Positions 49,083 through 58,374 of a stretch of 64,000 nucleotides of DNA are shown piece by piece. A model generated the notes under the pieces. That model ran no database searches. It worked only from the letters and a program-made list of their open reading frames with translations, and had not been told where the DNA came from. The DNA comes from Candidatus Marinacidobacterium sp. (GTDB lineage Bacteria; Acidobacteriota; Vicinamibacteria; Marinacidobacterales; Marinacidobacteraceae): the NCBI GenBank assembly GCA_965220965.1, contig OZ244852.1, positions 2,820,673 through 2,884,672 on the forward strand, read 5' to 3'. Every line of letters starts with the position of its first letter. Position 1 is the stretch's first letter. The position numbers and the translations under genes were made by a program.

Positions 49083-49577
49083 TCAGGCGCCCGGAGCGGG
49101 GTTCGGCGACGCCCCTTCCGGCCGGCGCCGCTCGAGCACCCAGCGGCCGACTCCGGGCGCCGGCTCCTCGTGCTCGACCCGGTCCATGAGCTTGCGCATC
49201 AACTGGACGCCGAGTCCCCCGGTGCGGCGTTCCGCCGCCAGCAGTCGGGGGTCGGCTTCCCGGGGCAGCTTGCGGGGGGCTTCCCCCCGGTGCTCCAGCT
49301 CGATCCGGAGGCCGCCGGCGTCCGGCAGGAAGCGGATCGTGACCTGGTGGCCCGGCTCCCCGCGGTAGGCGTGTTCCACCACGTTCGTCATCGCCTCGTT
49401 TACCGCGACCGCGATCTCGCCGGCGGTCAGCTCGTCGAAGCCGGCGCAGACGGCGGTGCGGAGCGTGGCCTCGTGGACAAGGGTCAGCGACTCACAGGTC
49501 GCCGGCGCCTCGATCCGGATCGGCGCGGGCCCGCACGCGGCGTCCGCCCGCCCCGGGTCCGTTCCCTCGTCCGCCAC
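49083..49577 (-). CDS. Anti-sigma Ser/Thr kinase (RsbW-like)
   Basis: AVNEAMTNVVEHAY, GGLGVQLMRKLMD. Confidence 0.9.
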   Translation of the reverse strand: MADEGTDPGRADAACGPAPIRIEAPATCESLTLVHEATLRTAVCAGFDELTAGEIAVAVNEAMTNVVEHAYRGEPGHQVTIRFLPDAGGLRIELEHRGEAPRKLPREADPRLLAAERRTGGLGVQLMRKLMDRVEHEEPAPGVGRWVLERRRPEGASPNPAPGA

Positions 49578-49618
49578 CGGGGCCGCGTCCGTTCGTCGCT
49601 CTGGAGACCCCCGGAAGG

Positions 49619-49969
49619 TCAGGGGCCTCCGAAACTGTCGACGGCCTCCGCTTCGCGTTCGAAGGTCTGGCAGAGACGGTCGAATCCGAGAACCTCGAAG
49701 ATGTGGGCGACGGGGCCGGAGAGATCGCTGACCCGGATGTCGCCGCCCTGCGCCCGGACATCCTCGATGAGGCCCATGATGGCGCCGAAGCCGGCGCTGG
49801 CGACGTAGGAGAGCTGCGCCCCGTTGATCACGATGCGGACCTCTCCCGCCTCCACCAGCCCCTTCAGGGCGGTCTCGAACGCCGCCACCGTGTGGGCGTT
49901 CACGAACCCCCGGGGCTCCACGACCACGACCGGGCCGCTCCGGCGGGTGGTGACTTCGAGGTCAGGCAT
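49619..49969 (-). CDS. STAS anti-anti-sigma factor (RsbV-like)
   Basis: LSYVASAGFG phospho-Ser motif; IFEVLGF. Confidence 0.9.
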   Translation of the reverse strand: MPDLEVTTRRSGPVVVVEPRGFVNAHTVAAFETALKGLVEAGEVRIVINGAQLSYVASAGFGAIMGLIEDVRAQGGDIRVSDLSGPVAHIFEVLGFDRLCQTFEREAEAVDSFGGP

Positions 49970-50972
49970 GGACTGGCGGCGCCTCCCGGCGCCCGGCCGC
50001 GATGGAATCCGGCGCGTCAGAGGATACGGGGCGCGCCCCGAGGAGGTTCCGGGCGCGGGCGATATCGCGCTGGATCTGCGCCCGCAGCGCCTCCGGTCCG
50101 CTGAAGGCCACGATGTCGCGGAGGAACGCCCGGAACCGGAGCCGGACCGAAGCGACCTCCCCCGAGAAACCGATAAGGTGCGCCTCGACCGAAGCGCCGT
50201 CCGCGAACGTGGGCCGCGGCCCGCAGTGGACCACCGCCGGGAACGCCGGGCCGGTGGAGTCGGGAGCGCCCGGCTCGGCCTCCGCCGCGTAGACCCCCGG
50301 CCGCAGCGCCAGATCCTGGGCGCCTTCGAGGTTCGCGGTGGGAAAACCGAGGAGGCGGCCGCGCCCCGCGCCCGGTCCGACCGGAGCGAGCACTTCGTAG
50401 GGCCGGCCGCAGAGCGCCTCCACCAGTTCGAGATCCCCTTCCGCCAGCGCCTCCCGGAGGCGGGTCGAGGAGATCACCTCGCCCCCGGCGCGCACCGTCG
50501 GCGCCTCGAGGACATCGAAGCCGAGCTCGCGGCCCAGCGTCCGCAGGGTGTCCACGCCCCCGCTGCGGCCCCGTCCGAACCGGAAGTTCTCGCCCTCGAC
50601 CACGCAGGTGGCGGCCAGCTTCCCGACGAGCAGCCGCTCGGCGAACTCCTCGGGGGAAGCGGCCGCGATCCGCTCGTTGAACCCGAGGACCACGAGCCGC
50701 GACACCCCGGCGGCCGCGAGCCGCTCCACCCGGGTGGCGAACGTCGTCACCGCCCGGGGCCCCGACTCGGGGCGGAGCAGCCGCGCGGGGTGGGGATCGA
50801 AGGTGACCGCGACGAACGCGCAGTCCCGGCGCTTCGCCTCCCGTCGCCCGAGGTCGAGCGCCGCGAGGTGGCCGTGGTGGACCCCGTCGAAGTTGCCGAC
50901 AGCGACGACCGAACGCCCATGTCCGGCCGCGCCCCCGGGGGCCGGCAGGTCCTCGATCCGCTCGACTCTCAT
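49962..50972 (-). CDS. ribF: Bifunctional riboflavin kinase/FAD synthetase
   Basis: GNFDGVHHGH, TFDPHP, GENFRFG, ISSTRLR, GFPTAN, EAHL. Confidence 0.96.
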   Translation of the reverse strand: MRVERIEDLPAPGGAAGHGRSVVAVGNFDGVHHGHLAALDLGRREAKRRDCAFVAVTFDPHPARLLRPESGPRAVTTFATRVERLAAAGVSRLVVLGFNERIAAASPEEFAERLLVGKLAATCVVEGENFRFGRGRSGGVDTLRTLGRELGFDVLEAPTVRAGGEVISSTRLREALAEGDLELVEALCGRPYEVLAPVGPGAGRGRLLGFPTANLEGAQDLALRPGVYAAEAEPGAPDSTGPAFPAVVHCGPRPTFADGASVEAHLIGFSGEVASVRLRFRAFLRDIVAFSGPEALRAQIQRDIARARNLLGARPVSSDAPDSIAAGRREAPPVHA

Positions 50973-51445
50973 GCGCCCGGCTTCGCTTCCGGCGCCGGCG
51001 GCCGCGTGCTTCCCATGTAGGCCATCCGCAACTCGTAGAGCGCCTGGGAAAGGAAGCGGGCGTCCCCCTCCGAGAGCCGGCCGGAGGTCTTCTGCTGGAG
51101 CGCTTCGAGCATGCCGATCGTGGCTTCGAGCCCCTCGATCGCCTCGGAGCGGCGGGCGGCCGACGCTTCGGCGCTCTCGCCCGGGCGGGGGTTCAGCAGG
51201 ATGGCCGCCTGCATGGTGAGCAGGTTCACGAGCTGCCGGAAGCGGATGTCGTCCGCGGGGCCGGAGGTTTCATCCGGCGCGGCGGCCTCCGGGGAGGGCG
51301 CCGGATCGGCCGGGCGCGGGTCCGGTTCACTCGCCGGGGCCCCGGCTTCGTCCGGTTTCGAGTCCGGCGTCCGCCGCTCTCCCTCGCGGGTGAAGGCGCG
51401 CCGGTCCCGGACCACGAACGGGCGAGGTTTGTCGGTTCCGTTCAT
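50969..51445 (-). CDS. DUF1844 domain protein
   Basis: FVVRDRR N-terminus; IGMLEALQQKTSGRLSEGDARFLSQALYELRMAY. Confidence 0.8.
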   Translation of the reverse strand: MNGTDKPRPFVVRDRRAFTREGERRTPDSKPDEAGAPASEPDPRPADPAPSPEAAAPDETSGPADDIRFRQLVNLLTMQAAILLNPRPGESAEASAARRSEAIEGLEATIGMLEALQQKTSGRLSEGDARFLSQALYELRMAYMGSTRPPAPEAKPGA

Positions 51446-51557
51446 CCTCCGGCGCCGTCCCGGCTCACGCTCCCGGCGCCGGAGAATCCTAACCGGGGGC
51501 CTGGAGCGCCCTGACGCCTTGCCGGAGGCTCCGGTCGCGGGGGACAATCGCGCCTCC

Positions 51558-52292
51558 ATGGACGACGCCGACGCGCCGCGAGCCCCCGCGGCGCGGGACC
51601 CCGAGGCGCCGTCCTCCCCGCCGGTTCCCGTCTCCGATCGCGCCCGCGCCGGGGGCGCCGCGACCGCCCGGCTCGCCGCGGTCATGGAGCGGCTCCGCGC
51701 CCCGGACGGCTGTCCCTGGGACCGCGAGCAGACCTGGGAGTCGCTCCGGCGCTACGTGCTCGAGGAGGCTCACGAGCTCGTCGAGGCGATCGACCGGAAG
51801 GACCCGGAGGCCGTCCGCGAGGAGTGCGGCGACCTGCTGCTCGAGGTTGTCTTCGTGGCGCAGATCGCGGCCGACGAGGGCCGGTTCGGACTTTCCGAAG
51901 TCGCGGAGGACATCGCGGCGAAGCTGATCCGGCGGCATCCGCACGTCTTCGGCGCCTCCGGCCCGGCGTCGGGGGCCGACGAGGCGCTCCAGAGCTGGGA
52001 GGCGGTCAAGGCCCGCGAGAAGGCGGCGAAGGGAGCGAAACCGCCCTCGCTGCCTCCGCTTCCCGCCCTGCTGGCGGCGGCCAAGCTCCTCGAGCGCGGC
52101 GAGCTCGCGCCGCCCCCCGCGCTGACCGCCGCGGCGCAGGACTTCGCCCCCGCCCCGGCGAAGGAGCGCGCCGCCGGCGATCTCCTGCTCGCCGCGGCCG
52201 CCGCCGTCGCGAACGCCGGACTCGACCCGGAGGCCGCGCTGCGGGCCGCTCTCCGCCGGGCGCATCGCTCCCGCTCGCCCTCCGGCCGGTAG
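51558..52292 (+). CDS. mazG: MazG nucleoside-triphosphate pyrophosphohydrolase (second domain degenerate)
   Basis: LRAPDGCPWDREQT, EEAHELVEAI, EECGDLL, KLIRRHPHVF. Confidence 0.92.
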   Translation: MDDADAPRAPAARDPEAPSSPPVPVSDRARAGGAATARLAAVMERLRAPDGCPWDREQTWESLRRYVLEEAHELVEAIDRKDPEAVREECGDLLLEVVFVAQIAADEGRFGLSEVAEDIAAKLIRRHPHVFGASGPASGADEALQSWEAVKAREKAAKGAKPPSLPPLPALLAAAKLLERGELAPPPALTAAAQDFAPAPAKERAAGDLLLAAAAAVANAGLDPEAALRAALRRAHRSRSPSGR

Positions 52293-52293
52293 G

Positions 52294-53169
52294 ATGGGCC
52301 GCATGTGCTGGCGTCGGACCGGAGGCGCGGTGCTGGCGGCGGGCCTCGGTCTCGGCGCGTGCGGCGGCGGGGCCGGCGAATCCGCCGACGAAGGGCCCGG
52401 GCCGCTGGTTCTCGCGGCCGATGTCGGGTTTGCGCCGCACGTGATGATGACCCCCACCGGGGAGGTCGAGGGGTTCAACGTGGACCTCGCGCACGAGATC
52501 GCGGCGCGCCTCGGTCGGCCGGGGGTCGAGATCGTGGACTTCGAGTGGAACTCGATCTTTTCCGGGCTCTACGCGCGCCGGTTCGAGTTCGTCATCGCTC
52601 CGACCACCATCACCGAAGGCCGCGCCCGGAGGGTGCTGCTGACCGAGGGATACCTCGACACCGACCCGGTGTTCCTCCGGCGGCGGGATGCGCCGGTGCT
52701 CGACGACCTCGAGCAGTTGCGCGGCGAGTCGGTCGCGGTGAACAACGGCTCCGCCTACGACCTGTGGGCCACCGACAACGCCGAGGCGCTCGGCTTCGAG
52801 GTCCTGCGCTACGGCAAGAACGCCGACGCGGTCCAGGCGGTCCTTTCGGGGCGGGCCTTCGCCAACCTGGTCGGCGAGTCGGTCGCCGCCTGGGCGGTTC
52901 GCCAGAACCCCGCCGTCCGGGCCGATTACCGGATCCGGGCCGAGACCGCCTTCGCCATCGCCTTCCGCAACGATGACGCCGCCACCCGCAACCGGGTGGA
53001 GGGCATCCTCGAGTGCCTCAAGGCCGAAGGGGTCCTGGCGCGCATCCACCGGGACTGGCTGGGCGAGGACCCCGCTCCCGGCTCGGCGGCGGTGACGCCC
53101 TTCGAGGGCTTCGGACCGCCGGGGCTCCCCGGCTTCGAGCCGACCCCCGGTCGGCCGCCCTGCGGTTGA
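52294..53169 (+). CDS. Polar amino-acid ABC transporter substrate-binding lipoprotein (SBP_bac_3)
   Basis: Lipobox LGAC; FAPH; GFNVDLA; TITEGRA. Confidence 0.9.
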   Translation: MGRMCWRRTGGAVLAAGLGLGACGGGAGESADEGPGPLVLAADVGFAPHVMMTPTGEVEGFNVDLAHEIAARLGRPGVEIVDFEWNSIFSGLYARRFEFVIAPTTITEGRARRVLLTEGYLDTDPVFLRRRDAPVLDDLEQLRGESVAVNNGSAYDLWATDNAEALGFEVLRYGKNADAVQAVLSGRAFANLVGESVAAWAVRQNPAVRADYRIRAETAFAIAFRNDDAATRNRVEGILECLKAEGVLARIHRDWLGEDPAPGSAAVTPFEGFGPPGLPGFEPTPGRPPCG

Positions 53170-53912
53170 CGGTCCCGTCCGGCGCGGCCCCGGTCCTCGA
53201 GTTCGAGGGCGTGGGGAAGCGCTTCGGCGGGATCCGGGCGCTCGAGGGGGTGAGCCTCGCGGTCCGCGAGGGGGAACTCGTCGCGCTCATCGGCCCTTCC
53301 GGCTCCGGCAAGAGCACGCTGCTGCGCTGCGCGAACCGCCTCGCCGAGCCCGACGCCGGAACCGTCCGGTTCGAGGGGACCGAGGTTCCCCGGAGCGGGC
53401 CGGAACTCGCCGAGGCGCGCCGCCGGATGGGGATGGTGTTCCAGTCGTTCAACCTCTACCCGCATCTGAGCGCGGTGGGGAACGTCGCGCTCGCTCCCCG
53501 CCGCGCCGCCGGCCGCTCCCCGGAAGCCGCCGCCGCCGCCGCGCGCGAGGCGCTCGACCGGGTGGGGCTCGGCGAGCGAGCCGATGCCTACCCCCACCAG
53601 CTGTCCGGCGGCCAGCAGCAGCGGGTGGCCATCGCCCGCGCGCTGGCGCTCGCCCCGCGCATCCTGCTCCTCGACGAGCCCACCAGCGCCCTCGACCCGG
53701 AGCTGGTGGGAAGCGTTCTCCGGGTCATCCGCTCGCTCCGGGCCGACGGGGTGGCCATGCTGATCGCCACCCACGAGATCGCCTTCGCCCGCGAGGCGGC
53801 CGACCGCATCGTGTTCCTCGCCGACGGCCGGATCGTGGAGTCGGGCCCGCCGGGGGAGATGCTGGAATCGCCCCGCAGCGAGCGGCTCCGGACCTTCCTC
53901 CGCCGGCTCTGA
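53166..53912 (+). CDS. Amino-acid ABC transporter ATP-binding protein (GlnQ-like)
   Basis: GPSGSGKST, MVFQSFNL, LSGGQQQRVAIARAL, DEPTSALDPEL. TTG start overlaps the upstream stop. Confidence 0.95.
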   Translation: MTVPSGAAPVLEFEGVGKRFGGIRALEGVSLAVREGELVALIGPSGSGKSTLLRCANRLAEPDAGTVRFEGTEVPRSGPELAEARRRMGMVFQSFNLYPHLSAVGNVALAPRRAAGRSPEAAAAAAREALDRVGLGERADAYPHQLSGGQQQRVAIARALALAPRILLLDEPTSALDPELVGSVLRVIRSLRADGVAMLIATHEIAFAREAADRIVFLADGRIVESGPPGEMLESPRSERLRTFLRRL

Positions 53913-53919
53913 GCGCCTC

Positions 53920-54627
53920 GTGGGCATCTTCTTCGACCCCGAGGCCCTCGCCATCGCCTGGCCGGCGGTCCGCTCCGGCATCTGGGTCACGCTGACCCTC
54001 GCGCTCGCCTCGATCGCCGCCGGCGTCTCGCTCGGCCTCGTCCTCGCCGTGCTCCGCGCGCTCGCCCGCCGGGGGCCGCTCCGGCGGGCTTCGGCGCTCA
54101 TCGTGGGCTACGCCGACCTGTTCCGGGCGATCCCGCCGCTCGTGCTGCTCGTCGTCCTCTACTTCGCCGCCCCCTTCGCGGGCGTCGAGCTGAGCGGCTG
54201 GGCGGCCTCGTTCACCGCGCTCGCGCTGGTGCTCGGCGCCTCCTCGGAGGAGATCTTCTGGGCGGGCATCACCGCCGTGGACCGCGGCCAGTGGGAGGCG
54301 GCGCTCTCCACCGGTCTCTCGCGCTGGACCGGGCTCGTCCGCGTCGTCCTCCCGCAGGCCGTCCGGCTGACGATCCCGCCGCTCACCAACCGGGCGATCG
54401 CCACCGGCAAGAACACTGCGCTCGCCTCGGTGGTGGCGGTGCCCGAGGTGCTGAACCAGGCGTCCAGCATCCAGGCCCAGACCGCGAGCCCGGCGCCGCT
54501 GCTGCTGGCCGCCGCCGTCTACCTCGCCCTCTTCCTGCCGCTGGTCCGGTTCGGACGCTGGCTGGAGACGCTCGCGCCCGCCGGATCCCGGGGCGTCCCG
54601 AAACCCGCCGCACGAGCGGCCGGGTGA
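53920..54627 (+). CDS. Amino-acid ABC transporter permease
   Basis: FRAIPPLV; GQWEAALSTGL EAA loop; VVLPQA. Confidence 0.93.
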   Translation: MGIFFDPEALAIAWPAVRSGIWVTLTLALASIAAGVSLGLVLAVLRALARRGPLRRASALIVGYADLFRAIPPLVLLVVLYFAAPFAGVELSGWAASFTALALVLGASSEEIFWAGITAVDRGQWEAALSTGLSRWTGLVRVVLPQAVRLTIPPLTNRAIATGKNTALASVVAVPEVLNQASSIQAQTASPAPLLLAAAVYLALFLPLVRFGRWLETLAPAGSRGVPKPAARAAG

Positions 54628-54632
54628 CCGAC

Positions 54633-55313
54633 ATGGGCGAACTGGTCGAGACGTTCTTCAACCTCCGGGTCATGGGGGAGAGCGCCGGGCTGCTCCTCCG
54701 GGGGCTGCTCGTGACCGCGGAGGTCAGCCTCATCGCCGTCCCGGCGGGGCTCGCCATCGGCGCGATCGCGGCCATCCTGCAGGCGCTCGCCCCACCGCCG
54801 CTGGAGCGCGCCCTGTCCTGGGTCGTGGACCTCGTCCGGGCTTTTCCGCCGCTCGTGCTCCTCGTGCTCGTGGTCCACGGCCTCCCCTTCGCCGGCATCG
54901 AGCTTCCCGCGCTCCTCGGGGTCGCCCTCGCGCTGACGGTGAACACTTCGGCCTACTACGGCGAAATCCTCCGCGCCGGGATCCTCGGCGTGGGCTCGGG
55001 CCAGTGGGAGGCCGCCCGCTCCACCGGGCTCGGGACGTTCGCCGCGCTCCGGTTCGTCGTCGTGCCCCAGGGAGTAAGAAAGGTCCTCCCCGACCTCGTC
55101 GGGAACACGCTCGAGGCGGTGAAGCTCACCGCGCTGGCGAGCGTCGTCGCGCTCCCCGACCTCCTCCGCATGGCCCGCATCACCCAGGGCGTCCACTTCA
55201 ACCCGTCGCCGCTGATCCTCGCCTCCGTCCTGTACCTCGCCTTTCTCTGGCCGCTCGCCCGCCTCGTCCGCCGGATCGAGGCCTCCCGCGCCGCCGGCGC
55301 CGCCTTCCGCTGA
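54633..55313 (+). CDS. Amino-acid ABC transporter permease
   Basis: RAFPPLV; SAYYGEILRAG; GQWEAARSTGL. Confidence 0.93.
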   Translation: MGELVETFFNLRVMGESAGLLLRGLLVTAEVSLIAVPAGLAIGAIAAILQALAPPPLERALSWVVDLVRAFPPLVLLVLVVHGLPFAGIELPALLGVALALTVNTSAYYGEILRAGILGVGSGQWEAARSTGLGTFAALRFVVVPQGVRKVLPDLVGNTLEAVKLTALASVVALPDLLRMARITQGVHFNPSPLILASVLYLAFLWPLARLVRRIEASRAAGAAFR

Positions 55314-55334
55314 GGGCGCCGCCACGCGGCGGGG

Positions 55335-55685
55335 TCAGCCGGTTTCGGTGGCGATGCGCAGCTTGCCCGGCTCGGTCGAACGCCCCGGCCGGATGACGAT
55401 GTCGATGTCCGGGCCGAGCGCGGTCAGCAGGCGGAACAGCCGCTCCAGCGAGACCTGACGGAAGTCGCCCCGCAGCAGCCGCGACACGTCGGGCTGGCTC
55501 AGCCCGAGCAGCCGCGCGGCTTCCGTCTGGGTGACGCCGCGCTGGCGCACGAGCGCGTCGATGCGGCTGACGATGTCGGCCTTGAGCAGGTGGGCGTCGG
55601 CGTCGGGACGGTCCAGGTCGGCGAAGACGTTGCCGCTCCCGGGCTCGATGTTCGCGTCAGTGGAAGTCATGGCTTGTCCGCTCAT
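55335..55685 (-). CDS. XRE/HTH_37 (HigA-like) antitoxin or regulator, orphan
   Basis: GSGNVFADL, TQTEAARLLGLSQPDVSRL, SLERLFRLLTALG. Confidence 0.9.
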   Translation of the reverse strand: MSGQAMTSTDANIEPGSGNVFADLDRPDADAHLLKADIVSRIDALVRQRGVTQTEAARLLGLSQPDVSRLLRGDFRQVSLERLFRLLTALGPDIDIVIRPGRSTEPGKLRIATETG

Positions 55686-55798
55686 GGCGATTTCACCATA
55701 TCGCGGCGGGCCGCGTCGGACACGGGGGTGGCGTCACCGGAGCCGGCTCTCTCGTCGCCAGCCGGTCGCCCCCCGGCGTCGGGCTCCGGGCCTGACGC

Positions 55799-56581
55799 TC
55801 AGGAGGACGGAAGCGCGTGGAGCTCCTGGCGCTCGATGAGGCTGCGGAAGTGGGCGATCAGCGTCCTGGCGAACACCGGATCCCGCAGCAGGACGCCGAC
55901 CTCGATGTTGTCCCTGAGCGCCCGCTCCGTCAGGTTGGCCGAGGTCACGAGGACCCGTTCCTCGTCGGTCACGAGAACCTTGGCGTGGAGGACGCCTTTG
56001 GCGCCATCCGGATTCAGCGATCGGGGGTCGTAGAAGACCCGGGGACGGCGCTTCCCCGGCCATTCGTTGCTCCAGAGCCGCTCCGCGAAGCGGAGAACCA
56101 GATCGTCGACCCGTGTCGTGTCTGTCTGTGTGCGCTCGATGTTCAGGAGGAGGGTGACGGCGAGTCCGGGAACCTCCTCCATGCGCTTCGCCAGCGGCTC
56201 GAAAGCGCGGGGTCCGTCAAAGAAGGCGTAGGTCGAGAGCCAGACGGAGGCGCGGACGCTTCCGAGAGCCCGGTCGAAAGCCTCCCGGGTGGGGCGCGAG
56301 GCGACGCCGGGGACCTTCGGACCGGACCACACGAACTCGGGCGCCTCGCGGCGTCGCTCCGCCGCTTCCAGACTCCGGAGCCACGCCGCCTTCGCCCGCG
56401 CCGGGACGCCGAGCCGTTCCCACGCTTCGAGGGCTGCGAGCACGCCCTCGGGCGGCTCGTCCGTCCCGAGCGCTGACAGCAGCGAGACGCGGGAGAAGGG
56501 CGCGGCGAGCAGGCCGGTCTCGAGGGCCGACGCGAGCTTTCGTCGAAGGTGCGGCGGGAGGTCGAGAAGCGCTGCGCTCAA
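55799..56581 (-). CDS. drmC: DISARM phospholipase D-like nuclease
   Basis: FVWSGP; HAKVLVTD...SANLT...NIEVG (HKD). TTG start overlaps the drmB stop. Confidence 0.9.
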   Translation of the reverse strand: MSAALLDLPPHLRRKLASALETGLLAAPFSRVSLLSALGTDEPPEGVLAALEAWERLGVPARAKAAWLRSLEAAERRREAPEFVWSGPKVPGVASRPTREAFDRALGSVRASVWLSTYAFFDGPRAFEPLAKRMEEVPGLAVTLLLNIERTQTDTTRVDDLVLRFAERLWSNEWPGKRRPRVFYDPRSLNPDGAKGVLHAKVLVTDEERVLVTSANLTERALRDNIEVGVLLRDPVFARTLIAHFRSLIERQELHALPSS

Positions 56582-58374
56582 GTGCGAAAGAACGCCGCGT
56601 CGGCGCAACCGATGACCGGGGCCACGAGCGCCCGGTCGAGGTAGTCGTTGTGCATCTCGCAGGACGTCTCGGCGACGAGGGTGCAGCCGTGGCAGGCCGC
56701 CCCGTGGAGCCAGCGTTCCTCGAGGCTCTCGCCGGGCCGGTGGTGGGCGCAGATCGGATCGCTGGAGCAGAGTCTCGCGGTCCGGAGGGCGGCCTCCAGG
56801 TGTCCGGCGATGCTCTGGGCCTGTTCCACGAGCCCCCCGAGCGTGCCTTCCGCATCCGAACTCGCGGTGAACAGCAGCAGCCCGAAACGTTGCCCCTCGT
56901 TGTCCACGTAGATGCGCTCGCGGATCGAGGCGGTGGGGTAGCCGCAACGCAGCGAGACGGACTGGATCAGCAGATGGGCGAGCGTATGGAGGAGGACGTA
57001 GGGGCCGCCGGGGAACTCCTGTGACCTCTCCCGCTCGCCGTTCCACTTCTCATGGCCGCTCGCCAGCAGTGCGACGCGCTCCTTCACCTTGCGACGGGCG
57101 GCCCACTCCTTCATCGCGTCCGCGGCGATCTCAAGGAAGACGCCCTCGCCCCGGTTCTCCACAGCCGGGAACCAGTCCTGCTCGAGCGCCAGCGCGGCGC
57201 GTTCGACATCGGTGGCGTACTCGCCGTCGATGTCCCGGGTCACCGCCTCGAAGCGGGTGAACCCGGCGAGCGCCGTCACCTCGCGCAGACGGTGGATCCG
57301 GACCACCGAGGCGATGCGCTCCGCCGCTTCGCCGCGTCGCCAGTGACCGGCCGGCAGCCGCCGCGCGTGGAAGTTCCTGTCGGGCGGAATCTCGTCTCCG
57401 AAGCCTTCGGGGACCGACAGGATCGCTTCGAGTTCCGCCTCCTTCAGCGGCCGGGCGGCAGATGCGTCGGCCCTGGCCTCATGCCTCTGGATCGCGCGCA
57501 GGACCTCCTCGTCGGAGTACCGCTCGAGACGCGCCGCAACATCAGGCTTCTCCTTGATGAAACTCAGACGCTGAGCATCCTTCGCGATCCGAAGATCGTC
57601 CCAGAGCTCCTCGACGACCTTGTCCAGCTCGCTTCCGCGCTGGGGAAGGGAGAGCACGCTCACAAGTTGCGGAAACCAGGCGTTCGTCGCCGTCCGGATC
57701 AGCAGACGGGCCTTTTCGGAGCAATCCTCCGCCGTGTTCTTTCCCAGCCAGGGCCGCTTCCCGGAGCAGGTTCCGAGGACTCCGGGGATCTTGGCCTCGG
57801 CGACGATGCGCTCCGCACCGCAACTGCAGCGGACCCGGAGCTCGGACAGGTCCCCGGTGGGACCGGTCTCGACGAGCGTCAGTTCGCCGGCGCACCCCGG
57901 ACCCTTGTGGGCGAAGCCGCGCCAATCGAGGTCGTCCACGTGCCCCCGGGGACATCCCCGGACGAACCGGGTCGCCACGACCGCGCGTCTCTCGAAACGG
58001 AACCTGTTGTCGAGGGCGCTTCTGGGCGCCAGCCGCCGCGAGCGTTCGGTTCGCCGCCCGCCGAAATCGGCGCGCCGCGGGCGCTGTTCGACGAACCAGC
58101 GGGGGAACCGCGGCGCCGGGATGCCGACCTTGTCCTTGCCCGTTTCGCTGTCGGCGGGCGGCGCCAGCAGACGCGGGACATGACCGCTGGCCAGGCGCGC
58201 TACGCGCGCCAGGCGCGCGGCGAGGCGCGGCTCCTGGATCTCCTCCAGCTTCGACGCGGGCCAGCCGTCGAGCCCCCCGACGATGGCGGAGGCCTCCGGA
58301 AGGTCCACGAGCGCGCCCACGCCGAACGTCGTGATCACCTGGCTCCGCCGAACGACGCCCGAATCCTGGCTCAA
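56578..58374 (-). CDS. drmB: DISARM DUF1998 protein
   Basis: RRSQVITTFGVGA, CPRGH, HTLAHLLI, CGYPTASIRERIY, GTLGGL, CSSDPIC, ACHGC, ETSCE. Confidence 0.93.
   Translation of the reverse strand: MSQDSGVVRRSQVITTFGVGALVDLPEASAIVGGLDGWPASKLEEIQEPRLAARLARVARLASGHVPRLLAPPADSETGKDKVGIPAPRFPRWFVEQRPRRADFGGRRTERSRRLAPRSALDNRFRFERRAVVATRFVRGCPRGHVDDLDWRGFAHKGPGCAGELTLVETGPTGDLSELRVRCSCGAERIVAEAKIPGVLGTCSGKRPWLGKNTAEDCSEKARLLIRTATNAWFPQLVSVLSLPQRGSELDKVVEELWDDLRIAKDAQRLSFIKEKPDVAARLERYSDEEVLRAIQRHEARADASAARPLKEAELEAILSVPEGFGDEIPPDRNFHARRLPAGHWRRGEAAERIASVVRIHRLREVTALAGFTRFEAVTRDIDGEYATDVERAALALEQDWFPAVENRGEGVFLEIAADAMKEWAARRKVKERVALLASGHEKWNGERERSQEFPGGPYVLLHTLAHLLIQSVSLRCGYPTASIRERIYVDNEGQRFGLLLFTASSDAEGTLGGLVEQAQSIAGHLEAALRTARLCSSDPICAHHRPGESLEERWLHGAACHGCTLVAETSCEMHNDYLDRALVAPVIGCADAAFFRT

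Noticed and set aside
52030-52292. mazG as a pseudogene
   Set aside because: The first catalytic domain is intact and the frame is open up to the next gene. Only the second domain is eroded, which also occurs in functional MazG proteins.
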